The notes: generated by a model from the letters alone, not told the origin. A DNA stretch of 64,000 bases from Selaginella moellendorffii (GCF_000143415.4 NW_003314345.1:576574-640573); one strand, 5' to 3'. Numbered from the stretch's first letter, positions 46,399-59,460 are shown. Made by a program: numbers and translations.

Positions 46399-49270
46399 TT
46401 AAAAACACCAACGACTCCTCTTCGTGCTGGGCTCTTCATCAAAACTGTCATCTTGCTCATTACTAGGTTTGTAGACGAGATCAAAACACATAGCACCTAA
46501 TAAACCTACAAATAAAACATAAAAAACTAATAATAAAAGCATTAAAATAACTTACCAAATGGACTCTGTCCATATAAACATTCCTGAACCTTTGGTAAAA
46601 GCATCACCATCCTTTCAGATTTTTTGACTTTGTAAATCAAGTTACCCAATGCTTGATCGGACATAAAGACCATGGCGTAATTCTCACCTGAAAATACACA
46701 CAATTAACCTCCCACAACTAGAAAATAATTACCTTCATTCATCCATTGCTTTATTGTCCATATTTTTTTCTCAAAATTTTCTTCCCAGTTGGCTTGCTGT
46801 CCTTCATAAATATCCCTGTTACACAATACATTACATTGAGCTTTATAAAGGTTTTGTATACCTGTGTTTGCTCTCAATAAATAAAAAGAAATCTTGCAGC
46901 TTGTTCTCAGCATCCACCAGCTGCAGATGGATGAAGCTATCAGGTCCATAGTTGCCAACACCAACCCAATAAAACTGCTGACTGTTGTCTCTTAGGAAGG
47001 CCTGAAATATGTCTGCTGTATATATCTGATGAGGCTGATGTGTCAGACGTCCAAACTTTGCACCAGCTGGCAGCCGGAACTTCAAAGCTTGCATACTTGC
47101 AGGAATGCAGAAATTGGAGGGAAGAATTTCTTGGAGTCTAAATTCAAATATTGTTCCCTTCCTCTCGTGATCATGAAAAAGCCGCAACATATAGATCATC
47201 AACACAATGGACATCAGATCAGATACCTCCTTGTTTTTGGGATTAGAGATTAGTTTAAATGGACACAAATCCTGGAGCTCCGCCGCATGTAGGTTCTCAA
47301 CGAGATGGTAAATGAGGAGTGGAGAGAACATGATGGAGAAAGCAGCATCTTCATCTCTTGATAATTTAATCTTCCTGTTAGATGGCAGCTCCTGTAATTG
47401 ACAACCATAAGTTCTGACATAAACTCTGAAATATCAAAATAGTACCTCGTTGTGTAAGAGTCGAACTAAACCGCAAGACTCTAAAGACCCCCAGTTATCT
47501 TCGTATCTGCTACCTGGCCAGACTAGTTCTTCCCGACTGATCAGGGTCCCCAGCAGCGCAACATAAAAAGCTCGTAACACCAACAAATACTTATCGTCCT
47601 TAAGGTACCGATAATAAAAACCACGTTTGATATTACCCCAGGCGGTCGTTATTGTGTTATGGAGATCGATTTGAGTGATTGATTCACCTGTAACAAACAT
47701 AGAAAATTTTCTCATCACATCAAGATAAAAGACATGGAAACCTTTTCATAGAACTTCGAAGCATCCAGGTCAGGCATCAACCCTCTCAAAAGGTGAACAA
47801 GCATGCGAGGATTCCCTCCTGATAACTTTATCAGGTTTCTTAGTCCGTCCTTCAGCTCAAATGGTTTCTCCATGTCCAGAGTATTTCCTAGTCTTGTAAG
47901 GAAGATTTTCGTAACTCTGACCACCTCCTGCTCTTTCAAAGGCCTGATAGGTATAAAAATACTCAGAGCCTTCTCCGTTGATGTGTAGCGCATTGTGGCC
48001 CCGGCAAATTCGGTCGTTGCTGCTGTAAGTATAGGAAACGTCAGGCCACCTCGGTTATCTTTGATATATTGAACGTAGGCCGAGAAAGCATCATGAATCC
48101 AGGACGATGCGGGTGGGCGGCCGTGCTGAGGCCGGGCCTTGTTGACATCATCAAAAAACCAAGATAGGAAAATTCGCTTATCTGCAGGAACCTTAAGACC
48201 AGTTCGAATGAAGTCGATCACATCTCCGAAAGTCAGCACATTCCTCAGGCCTGGAAATTTGTCATCCAACTGCCTGAGAAAGCCGCCATAACCAGTAGTA
48301 TGCACTGGACAAAGAGCTGCATGAAAGCACCGAAGGGCCAAAACCTGTTCTGCTGCCAGGCCGTTCTCCAGGAGAGTTACATCCCCTGCCCTCGTAGTTT
48401 CAACCGAATGATACATTGTAAGATCTCTGCCGGTATCCAACACGTTGTTCACCATTTCTTTGAACTGCTTCACAAGCCCTTTGTCGCCTAGCTGATCCTC
48501 TACAAGGCCATCTATATCAGTGTCCCTCTCCCACGCTTCTCTGAGAAGAGCTGAGAGGCATGTCCCGACAGTTGTTTTACCTGCGCCGGGAAATCCGATG
48601 AGCATCAACAAGAACTCTCTTTGTTCAATATCCGAGGCATTGGCCGTCGTGTTCATGAAAGTTCCAAACACCCTTGCAGCGGCTGCCATCAGATGCTGAG
48701 TCGTCTCCTCCCTTCCGACCAAAGTAAAATATTCTCCCAAGTCCGTACATAAACCACCGTTGTCCAGAAGAGGTAACTTGCAGCTTGGCACCCTCTTCTC
48801 AGGCATCCGGTGAAAACACCTTGCGCGCTGCAGTGTTTCTCCGTATACATCCAGCAACTTGGACACTACAACACAAACCGATCCAAAACGAACTCTTTAG
48901 CAAGCCAGACAGACAAGAGCGAGTGCTTACCTGGCGCAGCTTGAAGTGTTATCGCCGCCGGGGTCGCTGAAACAGAAATATAACAAATAAGCAAATACTT
49001 AGCCACAAAACGAGGAAACAGGCAAACATAGAGGAGGCGAAATGAGATAGACCACTTACTCTGGTTTAACAAGGCATCCCACAGCTGCTGCTGTCTATCC
49101 TGCAGCTGCTCCCTCTCGTCCTGCAGCTGCTGTCTCTCGTCCCGCAGCTCCTCCCTCTCCCATGGATCTTTTGCCTCTTCGATTAGCTTCTTGAGTGCTT
49201 CGATTTGCTGCTTGAGTGCTTCGATCTTGTCCTCGAGTGCTTCAATTTGCCTCGCAATGGATGCAGACAT
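46399..49270 (-). CDS. 8-exon CR-type gene: coiled-coil header + P-loop NTPase + PD-(D/E)xK nuclease + basic C-terminal motif; apparent frameshift at the start of exon 4 (pseudogene or assembly error)
   Basis: Exons 49270-49060, 48966-48931, 48865-47742, 47687-47446, 47391-46862, 46815-46733, 46687-46556 and 46496-46399, all GT-AG. Header IARQIEALEDKIEAL..ERQQLQDEREQLQD; LVGRE; Walker A GFPGAGKTT; Walker B WFFDDVN; SGGNPRML; nuclease NYGPDSF...FLFIESKH; tail PSTKRSR. Confidence 0.7.
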
Positions 49271-50354
49271 TGTTAACCCTAGTCGCCAAATGGGCTCTGC
49301 GGGCCCATAAAACTTATATAATTGACAATTACGATACGCTTGTCGTCCTAAAATATGCCCTTCCCCACTTTGGGGACCTGAAGGAACGAAAGGATGCTGT
49401 TGCTCTTGATACTGTGGTGGTCGACCTGGAGCGTACTGTGCTTGAGGGAAAGGTAGTGACGCCCCTGTAAACTATATATCAGCGATTAGCAGCGACCGAG
49501 CATAGCTCCTTTCCTTCCGTTGAGGTTGGCGAACCTGTTTCCAGCCCAAAGGTACACTCTGGGACAATGGACTATGGCACGGATGAAGATGCACCTGTGG
49601 TTCTTTGGGCCGTTCTAGGGTACAGGTTGGCTTCGTCCCGCATGTTCCACATCAAGCTCCACCATGAGGATCCACCTCCGGTTAAGCAACAGATCTGGAT
49701 TGAGTGGTGGCAATGGGCATTTGCCAGCTTTGTCACGGAGCATCTAGTGCGGGACAAGCTGCGAGACAGGAGCTTGAGTGGGTCTCCTGCTCTGACCTGG
49801 CTCTTAAGACTGGAGGGGGATTGGATGTTAAGAGTATATGCTCTCTATGACATGATCCTAGGTGGCAACAATGCCACTTCATTGATCGAAGTGTAGGCTA
49901 GAGGCATGTCTCTTCATCATGTATATTTGGTTATGACATTATATTTGACTATCCTTAAAGTCATCCTTACCCATTGTTTTGCTCCCGTGCACTTCTTCTT
50001 TCATGGTTTTGATTCAGTGTGGGACTTATACACATGGGTTATGATATCATTTTGCAACCTTCTTCTCTTAACAATAAATATATTCAACTCCTTCATGGAT
50101 TTTGCCTATTGTCTCGGCAAATGTGAAGCATAATTCACTAAATGTTGGATTGTTCACTTGTCAATAAGGAATAAGGAACGTGAGCTGGGCTTAGATAAAT
50201 CTCACATGTTGACCAAGCTGGGCCGTTTGCGCAAGGCTGTCAGCCTGTCAATATTTTCAAATATTTTTTGTATATAGAGTCATGAACTATATATAGAAGT
50301 AAAATAATAACTATTAAAGATTAACTTTATATAAGAAAGATAAGAATCTCCATA

Positions 50355-50680
50355 TACATGCTGAATCGTCTCCTCCCTTTCGACCAAAGTAAAATATTCT
50401 CCCAAGTCCGTACATAAACCACCGTTGTCCAGAAGAGGCAACTTGCAGGTTGGCACCGGCATCCGGTTGTGCACTGCAGTTTTTCTCCATATACATCCAG
50501 CAACTTGGATACTACAACACAACCTGATCCAAAAAGAACTCATTAGCAAGCTAGACAGACAAAAGCAAGTGCTTACCTGGTGCAGCTTGAAGTGTTATCA
50601 CCGCTGGGTTGCTGAAACAGAAATATAGACTTGTCAGTACTCGGCCATAGCCACAAAAATGAGGAAACAGGCACGCAGCT
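50355..50680 (-). pseudogene. Partial duplicate of intron 1, exon 2 and the start of exon 3 of the central CR gene
   Basis: ITLQAAP|g and CKLPLLDNGGLCTDLGEYFTLV.REET match 48700-49020. Confidence 0.85.
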
Positions 50681-52329
50681 AGAGAGGCCAAAGCAAACAA
50701 AATCACAAAATGATGTACTATATATGGATGGTATATATACATGGAAACTACTACTTGGCATTCATCATCTTTACCTCTAACACTCAAGCTTGAATAATTG
50801 TGCTTACTTAGTCTAAAATGTTGAAGAGCTGATAAGAAAAACATATGAAAAATTCATCAATCAAATACCCAAAATTTAGTTCCTGGTCTTGGCCTTGTTT
50901 ACACACACTCTTGCTCCTTGTTAAGGCTTCAATCTTGCCATTAGTATATGGTCTTGGTTTCTTGCCGCTACCAAGCACTTAATCTCCATAAACACCTGCA
51001 AAGCATTGTTATACAATATTCTTGAATTTTGACCCAATTCTTGATATAGGTTGTTAAAATCTCTCAATCTTTCTTACTGCTACTTATTGTTCAACAGCTC
51101 TAAAGCATCCATGCATCTAACAAAACCTTCAAATATGGCAAAAAGGGATTGCAATCAAGAAGCTCATCCTTGTCCTCGTCACTGGCCTCCTCGCCAGCAA
51201 GTGCCATGCCCAAGATCAAGGAGCCAATTACTATTGTTGAAGGAAAAGGTTGAAGAGATACCATGAAAACAGTGGAGACATGCACACGAGGAGGAAGAAC
51301 TCTCTATATTCAAGTGCCACATGGGCATCCACATCATCTCTACCTTTAACACCATTGCACACATAGCCATAGCAATAGAGTTTGGAGTGGAGCTAACACA
51401 CCAACACTAGTGGCTACTTGGAAGAGGTATTGCAATCCCCAACGTTTTGGAGTGGACTTGCTTCCAATATTTTCTCTTAGGTAACTGGATGATTTGATTG
51501 ATTGCAGTGGAGATCATGGTGGACATCAGCAGTCTCTTGGCTATCACTAGTGCTGGCATAAGATCATTGTTAAGGTAGGTGGAGAATTTGCAGCTCCAAT
51601 GCTAGAATTCACAAGGGGCAATTGCACCTTATTTGGTGCTTTAAAGCCCCTATTCTGTCAATTCTAGGGTAGCTTGCAGTTGGACTAGTGGAAATGGTAA
51701 CCCTGCATCATCCTCCCAAACACACTTTATCATCCTCTTTTGTGGGATTCCTCTTAACAAGCAATTAGCTTAACTAGTTAGTTTTGGGTAACCTTGGATT
51801 TACCTAGCCTGCCCCATTAAATATTTCTTGGAAGAATTCACTACACATAAGTTGACACATATTTTGGATGGCTTTTCAAAATAATGGATGTCTTTAATTG
51901 TAACGAAGTGTAAAAATTTGCCGCATTCCATCATTTGAGTTGTCTAAGAGATAAATGTACTGCTCGCCCAGGCCAATTCCAATTGTGGATAGATGCTTGT
52001 TTCTGATTTGCCAGTCAGGGAGTTCTGCAGATCCAGTGGCTGGTTCTAGTTTAGTTCCTGACACAATAGTTATGAGAGAAATCTCTGTAAGTTGTAGAAA
52101 GGGATGAAATGCTGCTCCAAGATAGAAGAGGCAGCGTGGCTCACCGTATCTCCATAGGAATCACTTATAGTTGATCAAAGTATGAAGATCACTGGGAGCA
52201 GCTAAAAGTCTGATACCATGATAGAGAAGTTGGGATGCTCATCAAGAGTGCAATAGGTCATGGCTGCGTCTACCCTGGAGCTGACGCAGCATGAGCCTGG
52301 ACTCTGACTGCGACTACAAATGATGTTGT

Positions 52330-53090
52330 CATCATGTGCTCCATACTCTAATTCTCTGCTGCTCGGGACCATGACGGTACGTCCAGGGCCACAATCACGT
52401 TTGCATCTGTTCAGACCGCCATAACAGTTCAAATGCAAGGCAGTGTAAGCTTCTCACGCTGCTCCCAAAGCTTGCCACAATGGTCTTCCAAGGCAGAAAA
52501 AGAAGGCCGGATCAGGCCGACAAACTGGGGGAGGCACAGTGCAAGTCCCTGTTTGCAACAGCGATTCCTTTGGTGGTGCAATAGTCGAAGATGGATTGGT
52601 ACCAAGCACCAGAGCCCACACACCAGAAGTTGCTCTTCCAAGAACTCCGTAAATCCTGAAGGCCACCATGCGGTTTAAACTCTGCCAGCTTGTCAAAGCA
52701 AAACAACACCTTGAGGCGATCACCAGCAACACCATCCGAAGGCAAGCGCCGGATAGCAGTCCCTAAGGCTTCCTACCAGACAGATCCCTGTAGCATGCCG
52801 AATAGCCAATTGACTCAAAGATTGTCTCAATGGATTCCGTGCTGTTGCAAAGATCTTGCTAGGGCTTGAGATAATCTCTGAGGCGAGCAGCCATTTGCAG
52901 TTTCCTCCCCAATGATCCAATTGGCCAAGGGAATCCACCTTCCATGCACAAGACGGCGGAGACCAGTGCCCCGAACTTCGGGTAATCTCTGTCCCAGACC
53001 AAGAATGCGGACTCGACTCACATTGTCGCGCGGCTCGGCATCCTCCATGAACTCGAGGGCAAGCTCGCCGTCACGGGGTCCGTACTATAA
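52330..53090 (-). pseudogene. Decayed CR NTPase paralogue (right-arm copy)
   Basis: DGVAGDRLKVLFCFD, GVWALVLGTN and FCLGRPLWQA blocks. Confidence 0.75.
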
Positions 53091-53292
53091 ACCCTGTATC
53101 CAGATCGGAAGTTCGGATCCGGACAATCACGTGATCATTGGTACGTGCCGTACCGTTAGTCCCAATGAAGGAACAAATCAATCAATCCCTTGGTGTGGAG
53201 GACACAAAGACGCTATCCAACAATTTCATCTCATATATTGCACTTGTCATTGACGAAAGCGTTCCATGAGTAATCTGTCTCCGCCAACAAAA

Positions 53293-55509
53293 CTACAGAT
53301 AAGTCAGCGGAAGCATGCGTCTCACAATGCGCTGCTCCCCATCGGTCATGTGGAGCAAGTATTCAGCGCTCCCGACTTTCAACACATCTAGCAGTTTGTC
53401 GGCAGTGGCTTGGGTGAGAAACGGAAACAACTCGGAAGATAGCCCGTACACGACTATGGTCCGGTTGGCAGCACCTTCAACAACGATACGATGCTCAGGG
53501 GAGCCGAGCTGTAAAATGATACCGAGCATAAAGTTCACTCCACCAACACCAGCCTCGAGCTTTCCAACCGCTCTCCTCATCTTTGTGGAGTTGTTGCTTT
53601 CCCAGCGCTTCGCCTGAATCCCAATTGGACCGCCAGTGCTTGGGACAACGTTGTCCACGGCTTCCTGTCCAGGCTTGCACGTCAGCGCTCGAATGTGCTG
53701 CAAGCACTCGTTGATCAGGCCGCGCTCCAAGTTCCTATAAGTTGGCGAGAAGCCGTTGAAGTTGAGCCCCGCATCAAGGTCCACTGTGCCGGCTAGACCG
53801 TGAGGAACTTTTCCCAGCAGTTTTGACAGGAATGCTCCCAGCTTTATCTCTCCCGTGAACGTGGCATCGCCCGCGTCCCTGCGACACGCTAGCATCGCCA
53901 GTAGCAGCAGTAACCTGGTGACAATTTCCCCGGGGCCCCCTGTTACCACTCCTTCCTTGCACATCTTGGAGAGCTCGCCGAGGACTTTGTTTAGTGTCAC
54001 CTCTTGAAGCAAAAACCCTGCTGCGGCCGCCGCAAGAACAGGTTCTGCGGCATTCGAGACATGAAGCCGTCGCCGGTCGTCAGAAATCCAGCAAGCTGTC
54101 ATCATGTGAGAAGCCACACTCGTCTCCGCTGCTTCGGACCATGACGCAACATCCAGGCCGATGGTGCAGCCGAGAACAGCAATCACCGTTGCATCTGTTA
54201 CTCCGCCAGAACAGTTGAGCTTGTCCACTGCAAGTAAACGTAAGCCCTTGAAAGTGTACCCTTTGTCCATAAAAGCTCGCCACAGGGGTCTTCCTAGGCG
54301 GAAGACGCTTTCTGGGGATCCGGAAGAGAGATCCCCAGGCACAGCAGCAGTGGCCGTTAGCCAAAACGGCTTAAACAGTTTATAGTCTCGAGCCCGCACC
54401 TTTCTGGTGGGATCCATCGCCTTGGATGGCACGAAGTCCAATAGTCGCGAATTGGTACCAAGCACTAGAGCCCACAGACCAAACTCTGCTTTACCAAGGA
54501 CCCGCCTCAGCAGTGTAAATGCCGTATCCATGCCACCCTCCAGTTCCAGCTCCGCCAGCTCGCTAGCCTCGTCAAAACAAAACAGGACCTTGAGGCGTTG
54601 ATCCGGTCGTTGCCCAATACCATCCAAAGGCAAGTCTCGGAGAGCAGTCTTTAATGCTTCCCCAACAGCATTGTATGTGTGAGACTCTCTACTCGTGCGT
54701 CTTTCAAACGTCCTGGGCAAAGCAGCAGCCTTTGCAGCTGCAGATGCTTCAAGACGCCTTGTACAGGCTTGGAGTCGACTTGCTATGTCGTTCGCTACAG
54801 GAAAGCCACGGGTGGGATCCGTCTGGTCGAGGATCCAGCCATGAGGATTGCCACCTCCTTTGACATAATCCGCGAGGGCCTCAATGCTGGCGAGCAAAAG
54901 CGCAGCCACCCGCAGTACTGTTAGCTGCTTGCCTTGAGTAATCCATGCAGCCAAGTGTGGAGTCTGGCCGGGAAATCCAGAGTGGCTGGCCTTCATGCAC
55001 GAAATATAGATGATGTACAAGCCCTTCCGGTGGAGCTCAAAAGCCAGCCTCGACTTACCCCAGCCGCTACTCTGCACAATAGCAAACAACGGTGCCACGT
55101 AAGCGTTGCCGAGCGCCCAGGTCCAATAATCCCTCTTGATTTTGGACGAAAGCTCTTCCAGTACGTCCTCGTCCTCAAGAGGATAGTCGAAGAAGGCTGC
55201 TCGCGCTGCGTCCTGGCCAGCCACCTTTTCAACTGCTACTGCGCCTCTCATGTCAGTCGTGTCATCGTCACTTTGGTCGCTCTCCTCAATGGATTCCACA
55301 ACAGCCATGAACTCCTCCTTATCACTACATTCTGCCAGCCGATGTCGCTCGGGCCAAGTTCCCACCCGCACGGCCGCGGCGACGGCATCTTGGCCGAACA
55401 CAAATCGATTCACCCACCTACAAATACCGCGTTGGCTCCGGAAGTCTTCCGCAACTGGCAAGGTGAAACCCTGTGCAGCCTCGAAGATCTGCCTCGTTCG
55501 TCTCCCCAT
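53293..55509 (-). CDS. CR-type NTPase + REase-fold protein, second near-identical copy (~738 aa from ATG)
   Basis: Intact ORF with the same motifs as 41061-43274. Differences cluster in the N-terminal ~60 aa and at GGPGEIV versus GGPRGKIV. Confidence 0.8.
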   Translation of the reverse strand: MGRRTRQIFEAAQGFTLPVAEDFRSQRGICRWVNRFVFGQDAVAAAVRVGTWPERHRLAECSDKEEFMAVVESIEESDQSDDDTTDMRGAVAVEKVAGQDAARAAFFDYPLEDEDVLEELSSKIKRDYWTWALGNAYVAPLFAIVQSSGWGKSRLAFELHRKGLYIIYISCMKASHSGFPGQTPHLAAWITQGKQLTVLRVAALLLASIEALADYVKGGGNPHGWILDQTDPTRGFPVANDIASRLQACTRRLEASAAAKAAALPRTFERRTSRESHTYNAVGEALKTALRDLPLDGIGQRPDQRLKVLFCFDEASELAELELEGGMDTAFTLLRRVLGKAEFGLWALVLGTNSRLLDFVPSKAMDPTRKVRARDYKLFKPFWLTATAAVPGDLSSGSPESVFRLGRPLWRAFMDKGYTFKGLRLLAVDKLNCSGGVTDATVIAVLGCTIGLDVASWSEAAETSVASHMMTACWISDDRRRLHVSNAAEPVLAAAAAGFLLQEVTLNKVLGELSKMCKEGVVTGGPGEIVTRLLLLLAMLACRRDAGDATFTGEIKLGAFLSKLLGKVPHGLAGTVDLDAGLNFNGFSPTYRNLERGLINECLQHIRALTCKPGQEAVDNVVPSTGGPIGIQAKRWESNNSTKMRRAVGKLEAGVGGVNFMLGIILQLGSPEHRIVVEGAANRTIVVYGLSSELFPFLTQATADKLLDVLKVGSAEYLLHMTDGEQRIVRRMLPLTYL

Positions 55510-56569
55510 GGTGTTGAGCAACCCTAACCCTCGGTCTGGCCCTTTCTAGGGTATATACCTTGGAAATACAACACTTCATTCAGGTGCTTGATGATAAAGG
55601 TATATATATATATAGATATATATAAGAAGAGCCCAAGAAAAGGGATGTTTATGAAAATGAGATTGTGTGGCAGTGATCCACCACCATACCAAGCAGAATC
55701 TGTAACTTTATTAAATGAAAATGTAGCTCACAAACAAGCTGATGCATTTTGAATCCCACCCTCTCTCCAACTCTCACATGACGGGCTGGTGATCATATTT
55801 TTACCATAACATTGTAAATATAGGTGAAATATTATGATTTGCCAAGTGAACAAGGATAAAAACCTCCTTGTGTGAAACTTCTGACACTCACACCGTCCTA
55901 TTACATACTTCAGCCCAAACCTCAAAAGAAGAAATTGTTAAGCCTGCCACCACTTTCATTTGTTCCATAGCTGTGATTCTACTTGCACTCAAATGAAATA
56001 ATAATACATGTTTTGGGTCTGTTCACTCCCATCTGGAAGCATAAGACCACTGGGAGGAGGCCAGAAGTGGCTACAAAGAGGATAAAAGAGCAAGCGTACT
56101 TGAGCAAGTGCTAGGCTTCAAGCAAATCACTGATATTTCATGGTTTTCCATATGCTATAATCAGGGACAACCACCAAGTTTAAATAGATCAGCTTTTCAT
56201 GGCCACAGTTTTTACAGGTAATTCAAGTAAAAAACGTTTCATGAACACTTAGCAGATTTAACCCATGCCAAAGTATGTCAAACACGAGATCATCCGCCAA
56301 AGAGTCTGATCTGGAAGACATTCCTCTAGCTTCTTAAGCCAACATCTCCTCATTGTTTGAGATTGAGTCCATATCCACAGAAATGTACTCTCCTGCCACG
56401 GTCTGCTACCATAGCTGCTTTGTTTGAGCACATCTCCAGCTATGGTCGATGGCAATGCTGCTCCATAACACTGACTCAAGATAACACCCACCACCTCATA
56501 CCGAGCTTGCAACCACCAAGGTGTTAAAAGCTTATAGAGTTTGATGCTGCCAGTCATAACAAAGATCAC

Positions 56570-56925
56570 AAAGTTTGTTGAAGGGAAATTCTAAACCATG
56601 AATGTGTCTGTGATCATTGTTTTGAACTGCTCCCAGTCTGGAAAGATTCTAGGCTCCAAGTTATGAAACCACTCCAATGCCACATCTTTGAGAAAGATTG
56701 AGGCGAATGGCACCTTGTCCACATTCTTAGTATCCCCGCAACACTTCAATTTCTGCAACCACTCTTGAAGCTTCAGGTGGTCATTCTCTCAATCATACTC
56801 TGGGTTATTCAGATTTTCACATTCTTGCCATTGCAACCCTGACAGCTGCCTGTAATTCCATTCTGCCACCAAAATCCAAATGACGACTTGGGGCCTCTCC
56901 CAAGATGGTTCCCAAATCTAGCCTA
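56570..56925 (-). mobile_element. Degenerate retrotransposon gag fragment
   Basis: LQEWLQKL....KVPFASIFLKDVALEWFHNLEP....DWEQFKTMITDTF, typical of the retrotransposon gag helix region. Confidence 0.65.
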
Positions 56926-56999
56926 GGAGTTTCGGCTTGTCCAACAATTTGTTATATTACATTAGAAGGTTATTATTGCTATTGCCACAATAGGAGGTT

Positions 57000-59460
57000 G
57001 GTATTGCTAGATTTTTTATCAATCCCTTTTATTCAAATGTTAATAAACTAGAGTTAACATATGTACTTAGCCAAATGAGCATAAGGAATGAATTCTTTAA
57101 ATATCTATTTAGTTAAGTATACTTCATTTGGTTTGTTAATTCTATTTTCCTCTTTCTACTGGCTTGCTATATTGAGTTTGGTCCCTTAATATTCACTAAA
57201 TGAGAGCTTTAATATGTCTGCCAAAACACTTTCACTATTATTTTGCATGTGTTGGTCCCATTTGATCCCATTGGCAATTTATAGAATGTGTGTGGGGGGG
57301 TGGGATGTCAAGGGGGATCAACACCTCCATTTCTGCATTAAATTTATTAATCGTTCCATTGTATAGGTTAATAGTTCCATGTGAGGCAACTAATCATCCA
57401 TCCATACTAAAGTCCTATGATGGATATTTTAATTTGTGAATGCCTTACAAGATAAAAGATGTACTTATGGATGTCCAATACATACAATTTCAATTTTAAG
57501 AGTAAAAATATATTTTACTTAAAATTATATTATATTTTAAATAGCTACTAATCAATTGGAATTGTCAACCCATGTCATTTTTTTTAATACCACATGTAGC
57601 ACACCCTATTTCTATCCCCCAATCCAACTCGAAAGGGGCAATTATTTGATGAGAAAGCCTTGTGGTGTGTAGTTGACGCATTTTTAGACTGAGACTCATT
57701 TTTTCTTTAGGTTTTTCTAAGGCTTTTCACAAATTTTCGTAAAGCTTTTCTATGATTTATTGATCATTTTACCCAAAAACCAATCCATTGTGAAAGGGTT
57801 AAAGTTGACTTCAGTTAGCTTAAACTTTAATAAATAGTTTATATGATATGGCCCAAAATGGATACTGAGAGTAGTGAGCTCTCACCAATCTTGACTTAGT
57901 CTTGGTAGCCTTGTGCATTAGTTGAGGATGGTGATATCCAATTTAATTGTTTACAGTTGAGATACTATAGCCTTATTTATTAGGAGGTTGTGTCCCTATA
58001 TAAGTTCATCTCATGGTCCTCACTTTAGCTTAAGCTAAGTGTTAATTATATATAGCTACCCTCTTCAATCATGCTCAGAACTATTGGATATATGAACTTA
58101 TTGTGGTTTAATTGGACTTGAATAGTCATTTTGTCTACATTTTTTTGTGATCCTTTATGTTACGGTGTTACTTTTCTGTTGGACAAATATATAACTCAAT
58201 GACATGAATTTGATATTTGGGTTTTATGCACCAAGTTGAAATGTGATGATTGGTTATATTGCAATTAGTAATTGCTTGTAGACTTCGTTAAAGATTTTTA
58301 ACACTTATTTCACTCAATGGGTGATGGGCTTATTTTACAAGATGGTGTTGCAAAGGATTATATCGTTAAACTTATATAGTTTCTCTATATTAGCTTTTTG
58401 ATCCATTTTTGTTGATAACATTTAGTTGTGTTTAATCTATGGTGTTGGATTTTATTGAGTTTTGGATGTGGTGAATCACTCCTTGATTATATATTATCTA
58501 TAGTTGATTATTGTTGAACGCTTAGTCTCGAATACCAAATAAGATATATTTGACCTTTAGTTGATTTGGTTGGTAGGGATTTTCTTTTGATTTCTTCTAG
58601 TTTTGTTCTAGTGCTAATGACATTAAAGTGATACCTTGATGTTGATATTGTTAACGTTGAGATTAAAGTGAGGCAAAATATTACTCCATGAGCATATTGA
58701 GGAAATTGGATTTTCTATCTATAGTGATATAGATAGTTAGTGATTAGTTGAGCTTAATTCAAATTAACATTTTGTTTCATTAGTCTCAATAAAGATAGTG
58801 TTGATGGTTTGCTTTTGTGTCATTGGCATTCGTCCATTTGCTATTTAGCAATTATATTAGTGTTCAACCAAACTGAGTGGTAAGTCAGGTTAATTGTGTT
58901 TTAGACGAGATTGTTTAATAAAGGTTGAGCTTTAGCTTTTTCTTGAAAAGTGATTTAGTTATAGATTGTACTAACTTTACAAAAATAAGAGTTAGTGATC
59001 AATATAGAAGTTGTTGATTCCTTATTAGATTTAAGTTTGGATTATATTGATCATTGATGATTCTCCTTGTGCTTGTTATTAAGTGACTTATGTCGTAGTA
59101 TAAAAGATAGATTTATGAAGGATCAATTTAATGATCACTTGTTATCATATCTTCATAATGCTTGGCTTTTTTATTTATGCACATATATTTTTTATTTTAT
59201 GAAGTTCTAATTTATAGATGTGTTGACAATATTTTGGGCTGTACTATAATTTTTTATTTGGCATTGAAGTTGGTTCATGCAAGATTTGTAATCATTGTTA
59301 GATGAGATTTGGTTATAGATTTTTTCAAACTTTTAGTTAATTGAGTTTTCATACTTATTATTTCATTTATTAGGAGTTGTCAGGGAAAGCATTTTGGCTC
59401 ATTAATTCTAATATTTAAATTGGTGTTTGCATCTTGTGATCATTGGTGATGGTTGACTGT
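57000..59460 (+). mobile_element. Older, highly decayed copy of the same LARD-like family in the opposite orientation
   Basis: Reverse-complement matches to the LTR end (57060-57230) and internal region (e.g. 58921-58960 versus 24535-24570, and 58460-58485 versus 24958-24985). Confidence 0.7.

Larger units (their letters stand above)
50718..55730 (-). repeat. Right arm of the large inverted duplication
   Basis: Reverse complement of ~40850-45780. Confidence 0.9.

Noticed and set aside
40850-55730. Calling the palindrome a bona fide TIR transposon
   Set aside because: The outer ends fade gradually, with no sharp termini, TSD or DDE transposase visible, so mobility remains a hypothesis.
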